Shown here: one piece after another, positions 49,746-62,808 of the stretch
How positions within the stretch are numbered: position 1 is the first letter of the stretch
Layout of the letters: the number at the start of each line of letters is the position of its first letter
Assembly: GCA_000993565.1 (NCBI GenBank)
Contig: LBWK01000001.1
Span: forward strand, 428,208-492,207
Reading direction: 5' to 3'
DNA: 64,000 nucleotides
Source of the DNA: a candidate division WS6 bacterium GW2011_GWF2_39_15
GTDB taxonomy: Bacteria; Patescibacteriota; Dojkabacteria; SC72
The notes under the pieces: generated by a model
What the model saw: only the letters and a program-made list of their open reading frames with translations
Database searches by the model: none
What the model was told of the DNA's origin: nothing
Position numbers and translations under genes: made by a program

Positions 49746-51115
49746 TTATCTACCACCGTTATAGTTACAGCCGCCATTGACCAGGGCTTCAGTCATCCGC
49801 TTTTCAACAATTGACACACCGAAGTGTGGCAAGAGTCGATGACAAACTTCCTTAACCTTCTGGCATTGGGCAGGCGTCAGCACTTATACATCTTCTTACG
49901 AATTTGCAAGCGCCTGTAGTTTTGGTAACTAGTCGCTCTCTCCTATTCTGTGCCACTGTAATCACTGCCTGAAAAAATCTGACAGTGTACAGTCCCCCTT
50001 CTCGCTAACTTACGGGGTGAATTTGCCGAATTCCTTAACAACGCATCACTCGTACGTCTTAGTGCATTTACACCAATCTACCGGTGTCGGTTTGCGGTAC
50101 GATTACCATAAATATTGCTCAAGACCGAAGTCTTAAGCGCTAGAAGCTTTTCCTGGAAGATTAATCTGACAGATCGGATTCCTTGCGGTCACCTTTCCAT
50201 AACAGTTCGTGTTCATCCCGCAAGCGGGAAACGTTTTCGTGGATTTACCTGCGAAAACTAACTTGCTGTTTAGACCCCAATCCTTAAGGGGCCTGCCTTT
50301 TCAATCCTCTCACTCCATTGCTAAATATAGTAGTACAGGAATATTAACCTGTTGTCCGTCACCTACGCCTTTCGGCCTCGGCTTAGGATCGACTTACCCA
50401 TGGGCGACTGACGTAGCCATGGAAACCTTAGATATTCGACGAGCAGGGTTTTCACCTGCTTTGCGCTACTCATCCATGCATTCTCACTTCCATACGCTCC
50501 AGCAACTCCTTACGGGCTGCCTTCACTGCTTTTTTTAGCCTGCTAAGGCCAACATGTATGGAACGCTCCTCTACCAAATGTATTAACCGAAGTTAATACA
50601 CATTCGCAGCTTCGGAATTTACCTTTAGCCCCGTTATATCTTAAGCGCAGAATCTCTAGACTAGTAAGCTTTTACGCACTTTTTAAAGGATGGCTGCCTC
50701 TGAGCCAACCTCCTAGCTGTCTGAGAAACTCCACTTCCTTTGCCACTGAGGTAAATTTAGGGTCCTTATCTGACGATCTGGGCTGTTGCCCTTTCGAACG
50801 TATTAGCTTAGCCCAATAGTTCTAACTGCCACAATGTACATTCCGGTATTCGGAGTTTTACAGAACATGGTACTCTTTCGAGCCCAAGATTCTATAAGTG
50901 CTCTACCCCCAGAATTTAAATTGCAACGCTAGCCCAAAAGCTATTTCGAGGAGAACCAGCTATTACCAGGTTCGTTTGGCATATTACCGCTAACCACGTG
51001 TCATCACATAATTTTGTAACATTAAAGTGTTCGAGCCTCCATCCCACTTTCGTGGGACTTCACTCTGCACGAGGTTAGATCACCTGGATTCGGGTCCAGT
51101 GCATACGACTGAATT

Positions 51116-51146
<31 letters not shown>

Positions 51147-51264
51147 CCACCGTTTCCGGTTTAACCTTGCCGTACACAACTGACTCGCATGGTCATTCTT
51201 CAATAGGCACGCCATTATCCTAGCAAGCTAGGACTCTGACTGTTTGTAAGCATATGGTTTCAGT

Positions 51265-51308
<44 letters not shown>

Positions 51309-51991
51309 TCGGAACTTGTTCACTATCGGTCGCAAAAAAGTATTTAGTCTTACCAAGTGGTTTTGGCAGATTCCCACAGATTTTCACTTATTCCGTGGTA
51401 CTTAAGAATACTAAAAGAAAGACACATACCTTTAATGTACACAGCTTTCATGTTCTATGGCCGACCTTTCCAGATCTATTCCATTAGATATGTATTTTGT
51501 AACTTTCCGACCAAATTGCTGTTTGATCTATTAGTATCTTACAACTCCAATATTGCACGAACAGCAACCTACGAGTTTGTCTTTCCAATCGTCGCAACGC
51601 GACTCATGAATTAACGCCCTCTTACACAATATTGGTTTAGACTCTTCCCGTTTCGCTCGCCACTACTAAGGGAATAAACTTATGTTCTTTTTTCCTGTTG
51701 GTACTGAGAGGTTTCACTTCCCAACGTTCTCTCCTCTACAGATATGTATTCTCTGTAGGGTAACTGGGTATGACCCCAGCTGGATTACTCCATTCGGAAA
51801 TCTCCGGGTTATAACGATTGTTTGACATCTCCCCGAAGCATATCGCAGTCTACTACGTCCTTCATCGACTTTTTGCGCCAAGGCATCCACCATATGCCCG
51901 TAGCTTTACTTTTTGAAATGGTTCATTTCTATTCAGTTTTTAAAGTGCAAACACTATATTTTCGTAATCTATTTCTAGACTACATATCTTG

Positions 51992-52065
51992 TGGAGCTGG
52001 GTGGACTCGAACCACCTACCTCTTCATTGCAAATGAAGTGTTCTAGCCTGCTGAACTACAGCCCC
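51992..52065 (-). tRNA. tRNA-Ala (anticodon TGC) in 16S-23S spacer
   Basis: Acceptor GGGGCTG with G3:U70, anticodon loop TTTGCAA, T-arm GGTGG-TTCGAGT-CCACC. Confidence 0.8.
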
Positions 52066-52092
52066 TAAACAGCCTCATAACAGATATATTCA

Positions 52093-52169
52093 TGGTGGGC
52101 GTACCAAGAATCGAACTTGGGACCTCAGTCTTATCAGGACTGCGCTCTAACCGACTGAGCTATACGCCC
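52093..52169 (-). tRNA. tRNA-Ile (anticodon GAT) in 16S-23S spacer, CCA encoded
   Basis: Acceptor GGGCGTA/TACGCCC, anticodon stem CAGTC/GACTG loop CTGATAA. Confidence 0.85.
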
Positions 52170-52280
52170 GAAACATTGGGCGCATCAAACTCGGCTTAGC
52201 CCAAGTTCTATCAAAAATTGTAAAGAACTAGCTCTCATATTGAAAACTAAAAAGTGGCAGGAAAGTTTGGGTTCTCCTTG

Positions 52281-53822
<1,542 letters not shown>

Positions 53823-54147
53823 GAAAAATTGCTTACAAATGACATTTGCATGCCATTTGACTATCGTCGCAAATTGATAGATTTATGAATTGTTGGACTA
53901 TTGCACTTTGCAAAAAAATTGCACTCAACAAGAAGTCCAAGATATTTATTACTTGACTTCCTGCCACTCTTCAATTTTCAACGAGCAAAATACATCGCTG
54001 TTATACCACTCGTTAATCATCATGTCAAAATCTTTTTTTAGGAATTCGTTAGAGTATATTTTCTAAGAGGAATCCTGCTCCCACAGCTTCCCGAACTTGT
54101 GTGAAAGGATTATATCAGAGCCATATAGGATATGCAAGAGAATTTCT

Positions 54148-54816
54148 TTAATTACTCGTGTATCTCTCGACTAAATCAAATAGCCGGTCAGAGACCACAG
54201 ATCTATTACCATGAAGCAGGGTAGCAAGTTTGACATTTCCATAGTAACCTATCCCAATTCTTCGCTCAATATCACTCATCTTTTTACTCTTATTTACATC
54301 GGCAAGATCATCAAGAAGAAGTAGATTATCGTAATAACCATCCGGGACTATGACAATAATGTCGTGGCCATTATCTTTAAGGATAATAATGTTTCCATCA
54401 TCTAAGTTCTCAAAAACCAGAGCATCAACCGCAGGAGCATTCGTCTCTTTACTTGAACTAAAGGCTGTAACTTTCACTCGTGAATTAATCCCCTCAGGCA
54501 CTTCGTCGTCTGCATGCATTTTTACGAATGTCGAAACATCCTCGTAAAAGCCAAATAGAAATCCTGCTTCAACATCGGTAAGAGCTCCTTTTTCAGCCTC
54601 ATATCCCATATCTAAAAGGAGGTCATTCCCTAATATCTTAATAGTCATAGCTGCTACTCGGCAAAAAGGTTTTAAAGCCTCCATTGTCTCACTTGCATCA
54701 GATGCCACCATATCCTGTCCGAAGATTTCAGAACCAAAAGCCATTACCGGTGGTATTGGAGTACCATATTTCTGAACTGTATACATGATGTAATAATATG
54801 AAATTACGTGCCACAA
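54148..54816 (-). CDS. hypothetical protein
   Basis: 222-aa ORF upstream of rRNA operon; acidic, no motif recognised. Confidence 0.4.
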   Translation of the reverse strand: MWHVISYYYIMYTVQKYGTPIPPVMAFGSEIFGQDMVASDASETMEALKPFCRVAAMTIKILGNDLLLDMGYEAEKGALTDVEAGFLFGFYEDVSTFVKMHADDEVPEGINSRVKVTAFSSSKETNAPAVDALVFENLDDGNIIILKDNGHDIIVIVPDGYYDNLLLLDDLADVNKSKKMSDIERRIGIGYYGNVKLATLLHGNRSVVSDRLFDLVERYTSN

Positions 54817-54852
54817 TTATACTACAGGCTCAATAAGAAGGGAATATGACCC

Positions 54853-56637
54853 TTACTTTTTCATGAGAAGAAGCTCATCGATTGTAGTAGCATCTTCCGG
54901 ATTCTTATCTCTATCAAATTCAATTAGCCGCGGAAACCTTAAAGATAAGCCTCTTGCTACACTCTCAGACTTTCTATTTACACTCACTTCGTCGGCATCC
55001 ACCGTAATAACCACTTCCGGGCTGACAAAAACATCTGGTTTCATAATACCTTCTATAGCAACATTCTTAGGTTTCTCTTTAACAACAATGGTATCCAGCC
55101 TGCCTTTAATGGTCCCCCACTGCTCGTCCGTAATACCCGTTCCAATCTTTGTAACAGACTCATAAGTTTCGCTATCAGGGTTATATACCCCGCCAAGTAT
55201 AGCTCCTATTCCAAACTTTGACCTTTTTCCTGAACCTAAGTAATATCCCAGTACAACAAGATCCACCGTATCAACAAGATTATTATCGATAGATTTTTTG
55301 ATCTTTATCCATTCAAAATCCCTGGCACCAGGTGAGTATCCTCCGTCAACATCTTTAACTATTACTCCTTCCAGTCCCATACCAATATATTCTTTAAAAA
55401 GTTCCCTTAACTCCTCGACCTCATTGGTAATGTATACGGGTGACAGCTGGATACTTGATTCTCCCTTTTCAAAAAGCTTTTCAAGATTTTCGAATCTCTC
55501 ACCTGTCTTTCGATTAAGAATCTCTTTTCCGTCCAAATACATAACATCAAAGGCAAAAGCATTAACCGGTATATTCTGCTGCCTTTCCTCTATTCCATAC
55601 TTTCTCCTTCTTGTCATCGTATCCTGGTAGGAGAGAAATTTCTTTTCTTTAGCATTCCAGCCGACAACTTCGGAGTCTAAGATAAAGGAGTCCCCTCCCA
55701 TATTTATTGCAGATTCAACAACCTCAGGAAACATATCGGTGATATCCTCTAGATTCCTGGTGAATAGCTTAACCTTTGGAACCTGCACACCGCCGAACAT
55801 ATCTATATGCGAAGGAGCCGTCTGCCTTCCAAACCAAATTCTTTCACTTAAACTCTTTTGACTATCCCCTATCTTATGAATTTGACATCGCAATCCATCA
55901 TACTTGGGCTGAACCATGAAGGTAGAGGGGAACCGGTCTTTGACCTCATCAAAACTCTTAACCCTTTCTACCAGCCTTGAGAGGATTGGAATACCAGGTA
56001 TCGGGACAACCTCTTCTAAATGCTTCAGCGGGTTATCTTCCTTGACCAGTGATGCTATATAGCCTATATCAGCACATGATCCGTAGGCTTTATCCATAAC
56101 ATCCCTCTTACTCTTATCTCCAACCAAAAACATTGAAAAAGCATCAAGAAGTGTCCTCGTACTACACCCAAGCCTCAGACTCCCTACAATTATGCGCGTA
56201 AAGTACCTGGCCTCTAACGGCGACATCTGCTTTACAGTATTAAGAAATATCTGAGCTTTGATATCTACAGATCCCGATCCCTGCGAGTTAACAACCGTCC
56301 AAAGTGCTTCATAGACTCCAATTAAACTTAACCCTTTCGTCTTATGATCCACTAGTTTCTCCACGGCACTTCCAAGATCTCCTTCTTTTTTTCTTAAAAC
56401 AGAGACCTCGTTGCCGTAAACATTGGAAAGTGCGTTTATCAGTCCCTTCTCTGAGAGATTGTACTCCGCAGGGATAAACATGGGAGCGACTCTGCCCTGT
56501 ACAAGATATGAGAACACTTGGATATCCTTTTCATCCAAAACCCTTACAGCTTCAGCCAAAATAACAGTCATCTCATTACGAGATGAAATACTCTCAATAC
56601 TTTGGAATATTTCAGATGCCTTTAAAAAGCTTATCAT
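54853..56637 (-). CDS. ATP-dependent DNA ligase
   Basis: 594 aa; motif I KYDGLRCQIH (KxDG adenylation lysine), EGVIVK motif, OB-fold C-terminus. Confidence 0.75.
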   Translation of the reverse strand: MISFLKASEIFQSIESISSRNEMTVILAEAVRVLDEKDIQVFSYLVQGRVAPMFIPAEYNLSEKGLINALSNVYGNEVSVLRKKEGDLGSAVEKLVDHKTKGLSLIGVYEALWTVVNSQGSGSVDIKAQIFLNTVKQMSPLEARYFTRIIVGSLRLGCSTRTLLDAFSMFLVGDKSKRDVMDKAYGSCADIGYIASLVKEDNPLKHLEEVVPIPGIPILSRLVERVKSFDEVKDRFPSTFMVQPKYDGLRCQIHKIGDSQKSLSERIWFGRQTAPSHIDMFGGVQVPKVKLFTRNLEDITDMFPEVVESAINMGGDSFILDSEVVGWNAKEKKFLSYQDTMTRRRKYGIEERQQNIPVNAFAFDVMYLDGKEILNRKTGERFENLEKLFEKGESSIQLSPVYITNEVEELRELFKEYIGMGLEGVIVKDVDGGYSPGARDFEWIKIKKSIDNNLVDTVDLVVLGYYLGSGKRSKFGIGAILGGVYNPDSETYESVTKIGTGITDEQWGTIKGRLDTIVVKEKPKNVAIEGIMKPDVFVSPEVVITVDADEVSVNRKSESVARGLSLRFPRLIEFDRDKNPEDATTIDELLLMKK

Positions 56638-56999
56638 TTTGCAAAATACTTTGATGACTTAGTACTCCCCTGTTTATATACTAACCCCATTTCCATCATT
56701 CTATTTAGATCCCTTCTTAGTGTTCTGTCTGTAGTATTTCTAACAACTTTAAGCATAGACATAGTATTCAAACCGTTAGAACCTGATATGGCGTCAAGAA
56801 GCTTCTTCTGCCTGGAATTTAAACCTGCATCTGCACCTTTTTTAACAATTCTAATATTTCTTCTGGGTAAAGCCTCTTCTTCATGAATTGAGGGCCTATC
56901 TTCTATGCTTCTCTTTTTCTTTAGTAGAAGGTATGCAACTGCCCCAACCCCTATAATACCTAAAATAATGCCCAGACCCTTTGATTTTCTTTCACTCAT
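56634..56999 (-). CDS. small membrane-anchored protein with DeoR-like winged-HTH C-terminus
   Basis: 121 aa; TM helix GLGIILGIIGVGAVAYLLL; C-terminus TLRRDLNRMMEMGLVYKQG resembles DeoR HTH; 4-nt overlap with ligase start. Confidence 0.3.
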   Translation of the reverse strand: MSERKSKGLGIILGIIGVGAVAYLLLKKKRSIEDRPSIHEEEALPRRNIRIVKKGADAGLNSRQKKLLDAISGSNGLNTMSMLKVVRNTTDRTLRRDLNRMMEMGLVYKQGSTKSSKYFAK

Positions 57000-59687
57000 C
57001 TACTTCAATTCACTCATATTATTTCCCGTAGAGATATGAACATCTAAAGGAACAGATAATTTTACAGCATTTACCATAATTTCTTTAACCTCTTTTGAAA
57101 AGCTCTCTTCATATCCCTTCAGAACTTCAAATATGAACTCGTCATGAACCTGAAGCAGAATATATGCTTTATCTTTGTACTTCCCCTCAATCAATCTGTC
57201 TATCTTGATCATGGCAATCTTCATAATATCGGCTTCTCCCCCTTGTATAGGCATATTCACAGCCTCTCTCACAGCCGCATTGCGTACATTGAAGTTTCTA
57301 GATGTTAAACCTGCTATATACCTTGTCCGGCCTAACATGCTCTGTACATATCCCGTCTTCAAAGCGTTTTTTGAGGCTTCGTCAATATACCTTTTAACCC
57401 CCTTATATATTCCAAAATATTCTTCAATATATTTCTGTGCCGTCTCCCTGTCTACTCCTAACATGCTTGCAAGTCCATACTGAGTCTGCCCGAAAAGAAT
57501 TCCAAAGTTTATTGTTTTTCCAAGACTCCTCTCCTCTTTAGTGACATCCTTTTCATCTTTCTTAAATATTCTTGAAGCTGTAGCCCTATGAATATCCCCG
57601 TCTGTAGCAAAATCATGCAAGAGTGCTTCATCCATTGAGATATCCGCCATAACGCGAAACTCAATTTGAGAATAGTCGGCGCCTATAAATACATATCCGG
57701 AACGCGGAATAAAGATCTTCCTAATCTCATCCCCCCATTCTCCCCGAACGGGAATATTCTGCATATTAGGGTTAACGGAGCTAAATCTTCCCGAAGAAGC
57801 CCCCATCTGTTTAAAATCAGTATGAATCTCAGCAACCCGGCTTTTTTCAACGACTTCTCTATAAGGGATAACGTAAGTATTCTGTACCTTGGAAAGCTCC
57901 CTGTATTTAAGGATTTTCGATATTGCAGGATGAATATTTTGGATTTCAATAAGGACTTCTTCCCTTGTTGATCTTCCCCTTTTGCTTCCTAATACATCGG
58001 GCACTGAAAGTTCATTATATATAACATCGGAAAGTTGCTTAGGAGAGTTTAGATTAACTTCATGACCTATGTCCTCATATATACTCTTCCTTATCTTCTC
58101 TATTTCCGTGTTAAGCCTTTCTTCCAACCCCTTTAACACCTCTACATCTACTGCAATTCCTCTTTTCTCCATTTTTTGAAGTATTGCAGAGACAGGCATT
58201 TCAATACACCTAACCATATCTTCTATAGAAGCAATCTCCTCCTTCAAAGACTCACCCGCATTTTTCCACCCTTCAACTACATACTCGGACATCTCCAACC
58301 CTTCCACCTTATCTTCGATCACCTTAATTACATCTACAAGTGCCTTACCGATTCTCATATAGTCCTCCGAATCAGACTTAAAAGATAAGGAATCAAACAG
58401 CACCGTTTCCAGAGAAAAGTCCTTCTTGCCAGAGGAGATGGAGAAAACAAGCAATTGAAGATCCACCGATTTTGCTTTCATAAAGGCATTTACAGTTCCC
58501 ACCTTAATCTGTGAAACCAATTCTTCCCAGTCCCAGATATAGGTTTCACAATCTATCGAAATCGTGGAACATAGTATATCCAGGGTTGAGGGGGTTGTTA
58601 ACGAGACGCTTACTTGTCCCAAGTTATCCACAGTGCTACACAAAAGCTTATCCTTAGTGCCTATATAAGCAATAATGAACCTCTTGGCCTGCGTTACAGA
58701 CGGTACGAGATCGCTAATCTCCTCCACTCCGTCCATCTGTTCACCCGGCTCACTAAACATATCGAATTGAGGTTTTGACTTTTTTGCACCATTAATCGAT
58801 TTAGGTATCTTATTTACCAGAGTTCTAAACTCAAACTTGGCAAAGACATCTAAAAGCTTCTGCTCGTCAAAATCCAGGACCACACAATCCTCCAACTGCA
58901 GACTAATATCTACATCACGTTTAATTGTAGCCAGATCCTTGCTGAAATAAGCCTGCTCTGTACCCTCAGCTAGTTTCGTACGGTATCTCTGATCGACTTC
59001 ATTCATGTTCTTATACAAATTATCCAGAGTTTGATATTTATACAGAAGCCCTAAAGCCGTTTTCTCCCCTATTCCCTTAACACCGGGGATATTATCCGAG
59101 GCATCGCCCACCAATGCTTTATAGTCTGTAACCTGCTCAGGAGAGTATCCGTATTTCTCTATGACTTTCTCTTTATCGTAAGTAATAATATTGCTGAATG
59201 ATCCACTGGGTAGACATGCTGATACATTTTTATCTACCAATTGTAGAAGGTCACGGTCTCCGGTAACCAAAAGCATGGATAGGTTATATGAAGCCCATTT
59301 ACCATCACTAACCCACTTAGAAACCGTTCCGAGAATATCATCGGCCTCAAATCCTTCCTTTTCTATAATCGGTATGTTAAAAGCCCTTAAAACCTCCTGT
59401 ACAAGGGGAAACTGGGCTGTCAGAGAGGCATCCACCGGCTTTCTATGACCTTTATAATCGGTAAACTGCACATGCCTGAATGTAGGCTTGCCGGTATCAA
59501 AGGCACAGAAGATATATTTGGGGTCAAACTGTTTAAGAATCTGCAAAAGCATCACGGTAAAGCCGTATACTGCATTATCCTGTAATCCTGTGGATGTTGC
59601 CAAAGTCGGAGGATACGCATGAAATGCACGGTGCACTATAGCATTTGCATCAATAGCAATAAAAAGGTCTTTACCGTTATAAGTCAT
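57000..59687 (-). CDS. polA: DNA polymerase I
   Basis: 895 aa; N-terminal 5'-3' exonuclease, C-terminal pol motifs RSLGKTINFGILFG and QVHDEFIFEV. Confidence 0.9.
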   Translation of the reverse strand: MTYNGKDLFIAIDANAIVHRAFHAYPPTLATSTGLQDNAVYGFTVMLLQILKQFDPKYIFCAFDTGKPTFRHVQFTDYKGHRKPVDASLTAQFPLVQEVLRAFNIPIIEKEGFEADDILGTVSKWVSDGKWASYNLSMLLVTGDRDLLQLVDKNVSACLPSGSFSNIITYDKEKVIEKYGYSPEQVTDYKALVGDASDNIPGVKGIGEKTALGLLYKYQTLDNLYKNMNEVDQRYRTKLAEGTEQAYFSKDLATIKRDVDISLQLEDCVVLDFDEQKLLDVFAKFEFRTLVNKIPKSINGAKKSKPQFDMFSEPGEQMDGVEEISDLVPSVTQAKRFIIAYIGTKDKLLCSTVDNLGQVSVSLTTPSTLDILCSTISIDCETYIWDWEELVSQIKVGTVNAFMKAKSVDLQLLVFSISSGKKDFSLETVLFDSLSFKSDSEDYMRIGKALVDVIKVIEDKVEGLEMSEYVVEGWKNAGESLKEEIASIEDMVRCIEMPVSAILQKMEKRGIAVDVEVLKGLEERLNTEIEKIRKSIYEDIGHEVNLNSPKQLSDVIYNELSVPDVLGSKRGRSTREEVLIEIQNIHPAISKILKYRELSKVQNTYVIPYREVVEKSRVAEIHTDFKQMGASSGRFSSVNPNMQNIPVRGEWGDEIRKIFIPRSGYVFIGADYSQIEFRVMADISMDEALLHDFATDGDIHRATASRIFKKDEKDVTKEERSLGKTINFGILFGQTQYGLASMLGVDRETAQKYIEEYFGIYKGVKRYIDEASKNALKTGYVQSMLGRTRYIAGLTSRNFNVRNAAVREAVNMPIQGGEADIMKIAMIKIDRLIEGKYKDKAYILLQVHDEFIFEVLKGYEESFSKEVKEIMVNAVKLSVPLDVHISTGNNMSELK

Positions 59688-59712
59688 GGTAGATTATAAC
59701 GCATCCGAAGAG

Positions 59713-61605
59713 TTACTCAAACAAAGCGTTAAATTCTTCCTTCCCAACCTCTTCCTGCTTAAGAAGCAGCTCTACAAGTTTCTCTACCACAGCCTTGTTT
59801 TCTCTAAGTATCTTTCTTGCATTCTCGATAGCCTTTTGAATAATACCCTTTACCTCGCTGTCTACAACCTCAGCAGTCTTCTCGCTGTAGTCTCTGCCGC
59901 CGCCATAGGTATAACCAAGGTGCTTTGTCTCTTCTGCGTCTCCGTACTGAACAAAACCAAGTTTATCACTCATCCCCCACTGCCTTACCATCATCTTAGC
60001 AACCTCTGTAGCGTGTCTAATGTCTCCTGATGCACCAGATGATATATCACCAAGAAATATCTCCTCAGCAACTCTTCCGCCTACTGAGTTCTGAATAGCC
60101 GCAAGAAGCTGCTTTTTGGTCTCCATACTTCTATCATCCTCAGGAACATAAACTGTTACACCACCTGTACCTCCCCGTGAAATCATCGATACCAGTTCCA
60201 CTGGAGAAGAGCTCTGTGTAAACTTAGCAACGACAGCATGACCGGCTTCATGGTATGCGACTCTCTTAAGATCATCTTCTACCCTTTTATTCTTCTTCTG
60301 TCTCCCCAACTTAACTTTTAAGTATGATTCCATTAAGTCTTTCTGCATAATCTCTTTCCTACCATCGATAACTGCCATGATAGCAGCCTCGTTTAAGAGG
60401 TTTTCCAAGTCGGCACCTGAATATCCAATTGTCTTTCGGGCTACAATATCAAGATTGGCTTCCTTATCAAACTTCTTATTCTTAGCATGCACATTCAATA
60501 TTGCTAATCTCTCGTGATAATCAGGAAGATAAAGGGTAACCATACGGTCAAACCTTCCCGGTCTCAAAATTGCAGGATCAAGCACATCAGGTCGGTTGGT
60601 AGCGGCAACAACAATAACGTTTTCACGACCCTCCAAGCCATCCATTTCCACTAATATCTGATTAAGAGTCTGCTCACCCGCCCCTGAATGCAATACCGTA
60701 CCTCTCTTTTTAGCGACTGCATCAATTTCATCAATAAAGATAATAGATGGGGAAGACCTCTTCGCCTTAAGGAAAAGATCCCTAACTCTCGAAGCTCCAG
60801 CTCCTACAAGCATCTCCTCAAACTCCGAGCCTGAAGTATGGAAAAAGGGAACACCCGCTTCACCCGCTACGGCTTTTGCAAGAAGAGTCTTTCCCGTTCC
60901 CGGTGGCCCGGAAAGAAGAACTCCCTTAGGAATTCTCGCACCAATATCCCCATATTTCTTTGGACTCTTGAGAAAATCAACTATCTCAACCAACTCATCT
61001 TTAACTTCTTCAATTCCCGCAACGCTGTCAAATGTAATACCGGTCTTCTTTCCAAAAAGCATCCTAGCTTTGCTCTGTCCAAAATCCATCAGTCTTCCTC
61101 CCTGAGAGTTCATTCCTTTGATCAGGTTGTACATCAATACTAAACCGAGAGCCAAAAGGATGAGCCAAATGATGTCAGTAATTGATACATTTACCGCAGG
61201 TTGATAAAAATCATTACTCAGAGTTTTGATGTCTACATCAGCATCCGATAGAGTTGAGTAAAAATCTGTACCGGGGGGGATAAGCGCAAACTTTCGAGTA
61301 AGATATTTCGTTTCTTTTCCGTCTGTTTTTTCAGTTTTTTGCTGTTCAAGAATTACAATATTATCCTTAAGAATAATTTTTTTATAATCCTTTTTAGCAA
61401 TACTATTAACAACATTACTCAAAGAGACTTCCCTTCCCTTTGTCTGAGTATTCACTACTATGCTCCATGCTGAAAATATAGCAATTGAAAGAATTATACT
61501 TGCAACAATTCCCCACATATTAACTCTAACTACGTTCTTAGGAAGTTTTCTTATATCTGCCTTTTTACTATTTGGATTCTCCATTTTATCTACTATTAAC
61601 ACCAT
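59713..61605 (-). CDS. ftsH: ATP-dependent zinc metalloprotease FtsH
   Basis: 630 aa; TM anchor, AAA module GPPGTGKTLLAKAVAGEAGVPFF, HEAGHAVV zinc motif. Confidence 0.9.
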   Translation of the reverse strand: MVLIVDKMENPNSKKADIRKLPKNVVRVNMWGIVASIILSIAIFSAWSIVVNTQTKGREVSLSNVVNSIAKKDYKKIILKDNIVILEQQKTEKTDGKETKYLTRKFALIPPGTDFYSTLSDADVDIKTLSNDFYQPAVNVSITDIIWLILLALGLVLMYNLIKGMNSQGGRLMDFGQSKARMLFGKKTGITFDSVAGIEEVKDELVEIVDFLKSPKKYGDIGARIPKGVLLSGPPGTGKTLLAKAVAGEAGVPFFHTSGSEFEEMLVGAGASRVRDLFLKAKRSSPSIIFIDEIDAVAKKRGTVLHSGAGEQTLNQILVEMDGLEGRENVIVVAATNRPDVLDPAILRPGRFDRMVTLYLPDYHERLAILNVHAKNKKFDKEANLDIVARKTIGYSGADLENLLNEAAIMAVIDGRKEIMQKDLMESYLKVKLGRQKKNKRVEDDLKRVAYHEAGHAVVAKFTQSSSPVELVSMISRGGTGGVTVYVPEDDRSMETKKQLLAAIQNSVGGRVAEEIFLGDISSGASGDIRHATEVAKMMVRQWGMSDKLGFVQYGDAEETKHLGYTYGGGRDYSEKTAEVVDSEVKGIIQKAIENARKILRENKAVVEKLVELLLKQEEVGKEEFNALFE

Positions 61606-61918
61606 TTATTATATTAAATATTTTACTACTATTAAGCTTCAATGCGTCTGCTAAGAATAATACAACAGAATCATCCACCCTATCTTCCAAAGAACGACTG
61701 CAAAAGACCTGCCAATCATCGATATTCCGTACCCACAAAACCCCAATTTCCAAACCTATTGGATCATTTACATTCTTAATGTTAATCTGGGAAAGATCTC
61801 CGGAGTTAGTTACTCCATAACACCACCCCCTTGTCTGAGACTCCGTAACAAAGGAGTCCACTCTACCTTCAAGCTCTTCTAAACTAAGACTCTCTGAAAA
61901 ACCTCCTAATTTTGCCAT
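61586..61918 (-). CDS. hypothetical protein (start trimmed to internal Met to avoid tRNA overlap)
   Basis: ORF-track start at 61990 overlaps tRNA 61943-62016; in-frame Met (MAKLGGF) at 61918. Confidence 0.3.
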   Translation of the reverse strand: MAKLGGFSESLSLEELEGRVDSFVTESQTRGWCYGVTNSGDLSQINIKNVNDPIGLEIGVLWVRNIDDWQVFCSRSLEDRVDDSVVLFLADALKLNSSKIFNIINGVNSR

Positions 61919-61942
61919 AAAGCGATTATAAATATTTAAATC

Positions 61943-62016
61943 TGGTGACGACTGGAATCGAACCAGTGACCTTGGGTTTATGAATCCCATGCTCTAACCG
62001 ACTGAGCTACGTCACC
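61943..62016 (-). tRNA. tRNA-Met (anticodon CAT; elongator or Ile2/lysidine type)
   Basis: Acceptor GGTGACG/CGTCACC with 1:72 paired, anticodon loop TTCATAA, T-arm ACTGG-TTCGATT-CCAGT. Confidence 0.65.
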
Positions 62017-62060
62017 ACGCTAGAATTATATCATTATAGAGCTTATATTTGAAAACTTTT

Positions 62061-62624
62061 CTAGTTACTTACTCTGCCGGTATACTCTCCAGTATCGGTA
62101 TTAACAGTGATAACATCACCTTCCTTAACAAACATCGGCACATTAACTTTGTACCCTGTTTCCAATGCAACCTCTTTTAAAGCGTTATTTGCCGTATTTC
62201 CTTTGACTGCATCTGTAGCCTGTACAACGGTAAGCTCAACAGAGGCCTTTCTTCTGATATCAATAATAACTCCGTCAACTAGAAGTACTAATGTTCTCTC
62301 TCCCTCTTTAAGGAAATATTTGTAATCACCTATCATCTTCATCGAAACAGTCACGGTCTCAAAAGTGGTCGTGTCCATAAAGTATGCCGCTGATTCATCA
62401 CTATAAAGGTATTGAACCTCCTTGGTCTCAGTCTCAACCTCTTCCACCTTGGAACCAGATTTAATTGTTACCTCAGAGTTATTGCCAGTATCAAGGCTTT
62501 TAAGCTTAAGTATTATCAATCCACCCTGTCTACCCTGAGTCTTCAAAAGACGATCATTAACATAGAAGATCTTCCCGTCAATTCGAAGGTACGTATTTTT
62601 TCTTGGTTGGACTGTAAAAGCCAT
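62061..62624 (-). CDS. efp: elongation factor P
   Basis: 187 aa; three-domain EF-P pattern, N-terminal KOW-like region with loop LKTQGRQGG. Confidence 0.8.
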   Translation of the reverse strand: MAFTVQPRKNTYLRIDGKIFYVNDRLLKTQGRQGGLIILKLKSLDTGNNSEVTIKSGSKVEEVETETKEVQYLYSDESAAYFMDTTTFETVTVSMKMIGDYKYFLKEGERTLVLLVDGVIIDIRRKASVELTVVQATDAVKGNTANNALKEVALETGYKVNVPMFVKEGDVITVNTDTGEYTGRVSN

Positions 62625-62682
62625 AACTTAAAAGCGTAAAAACTAAATGGATTTCCTGCAAACTATAAGTTAGCCGGATAAA

Positions 62683-62754
62683 TTGCGGGGGTTGGACTCG
62701 AACCAACGACCTTCAGGTTATGAGCCTGACGAGCTGCCTCTGCTCTACCCCGCG
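62683..62754 (-). tRNA. initiator tRNA-fMet (anticodon CAT)
   Basis: C1-A72 mismatch at acceptor end, A11:U24 in D stem, anticodon loop CTCATAA. Confidence 0.7.
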
Positions 62755-62808
62755 TCAAACGAGCAGAGGAATTATAGCCAAATACCGCTTTAAAAGCAAT
62801 CCTTAATT

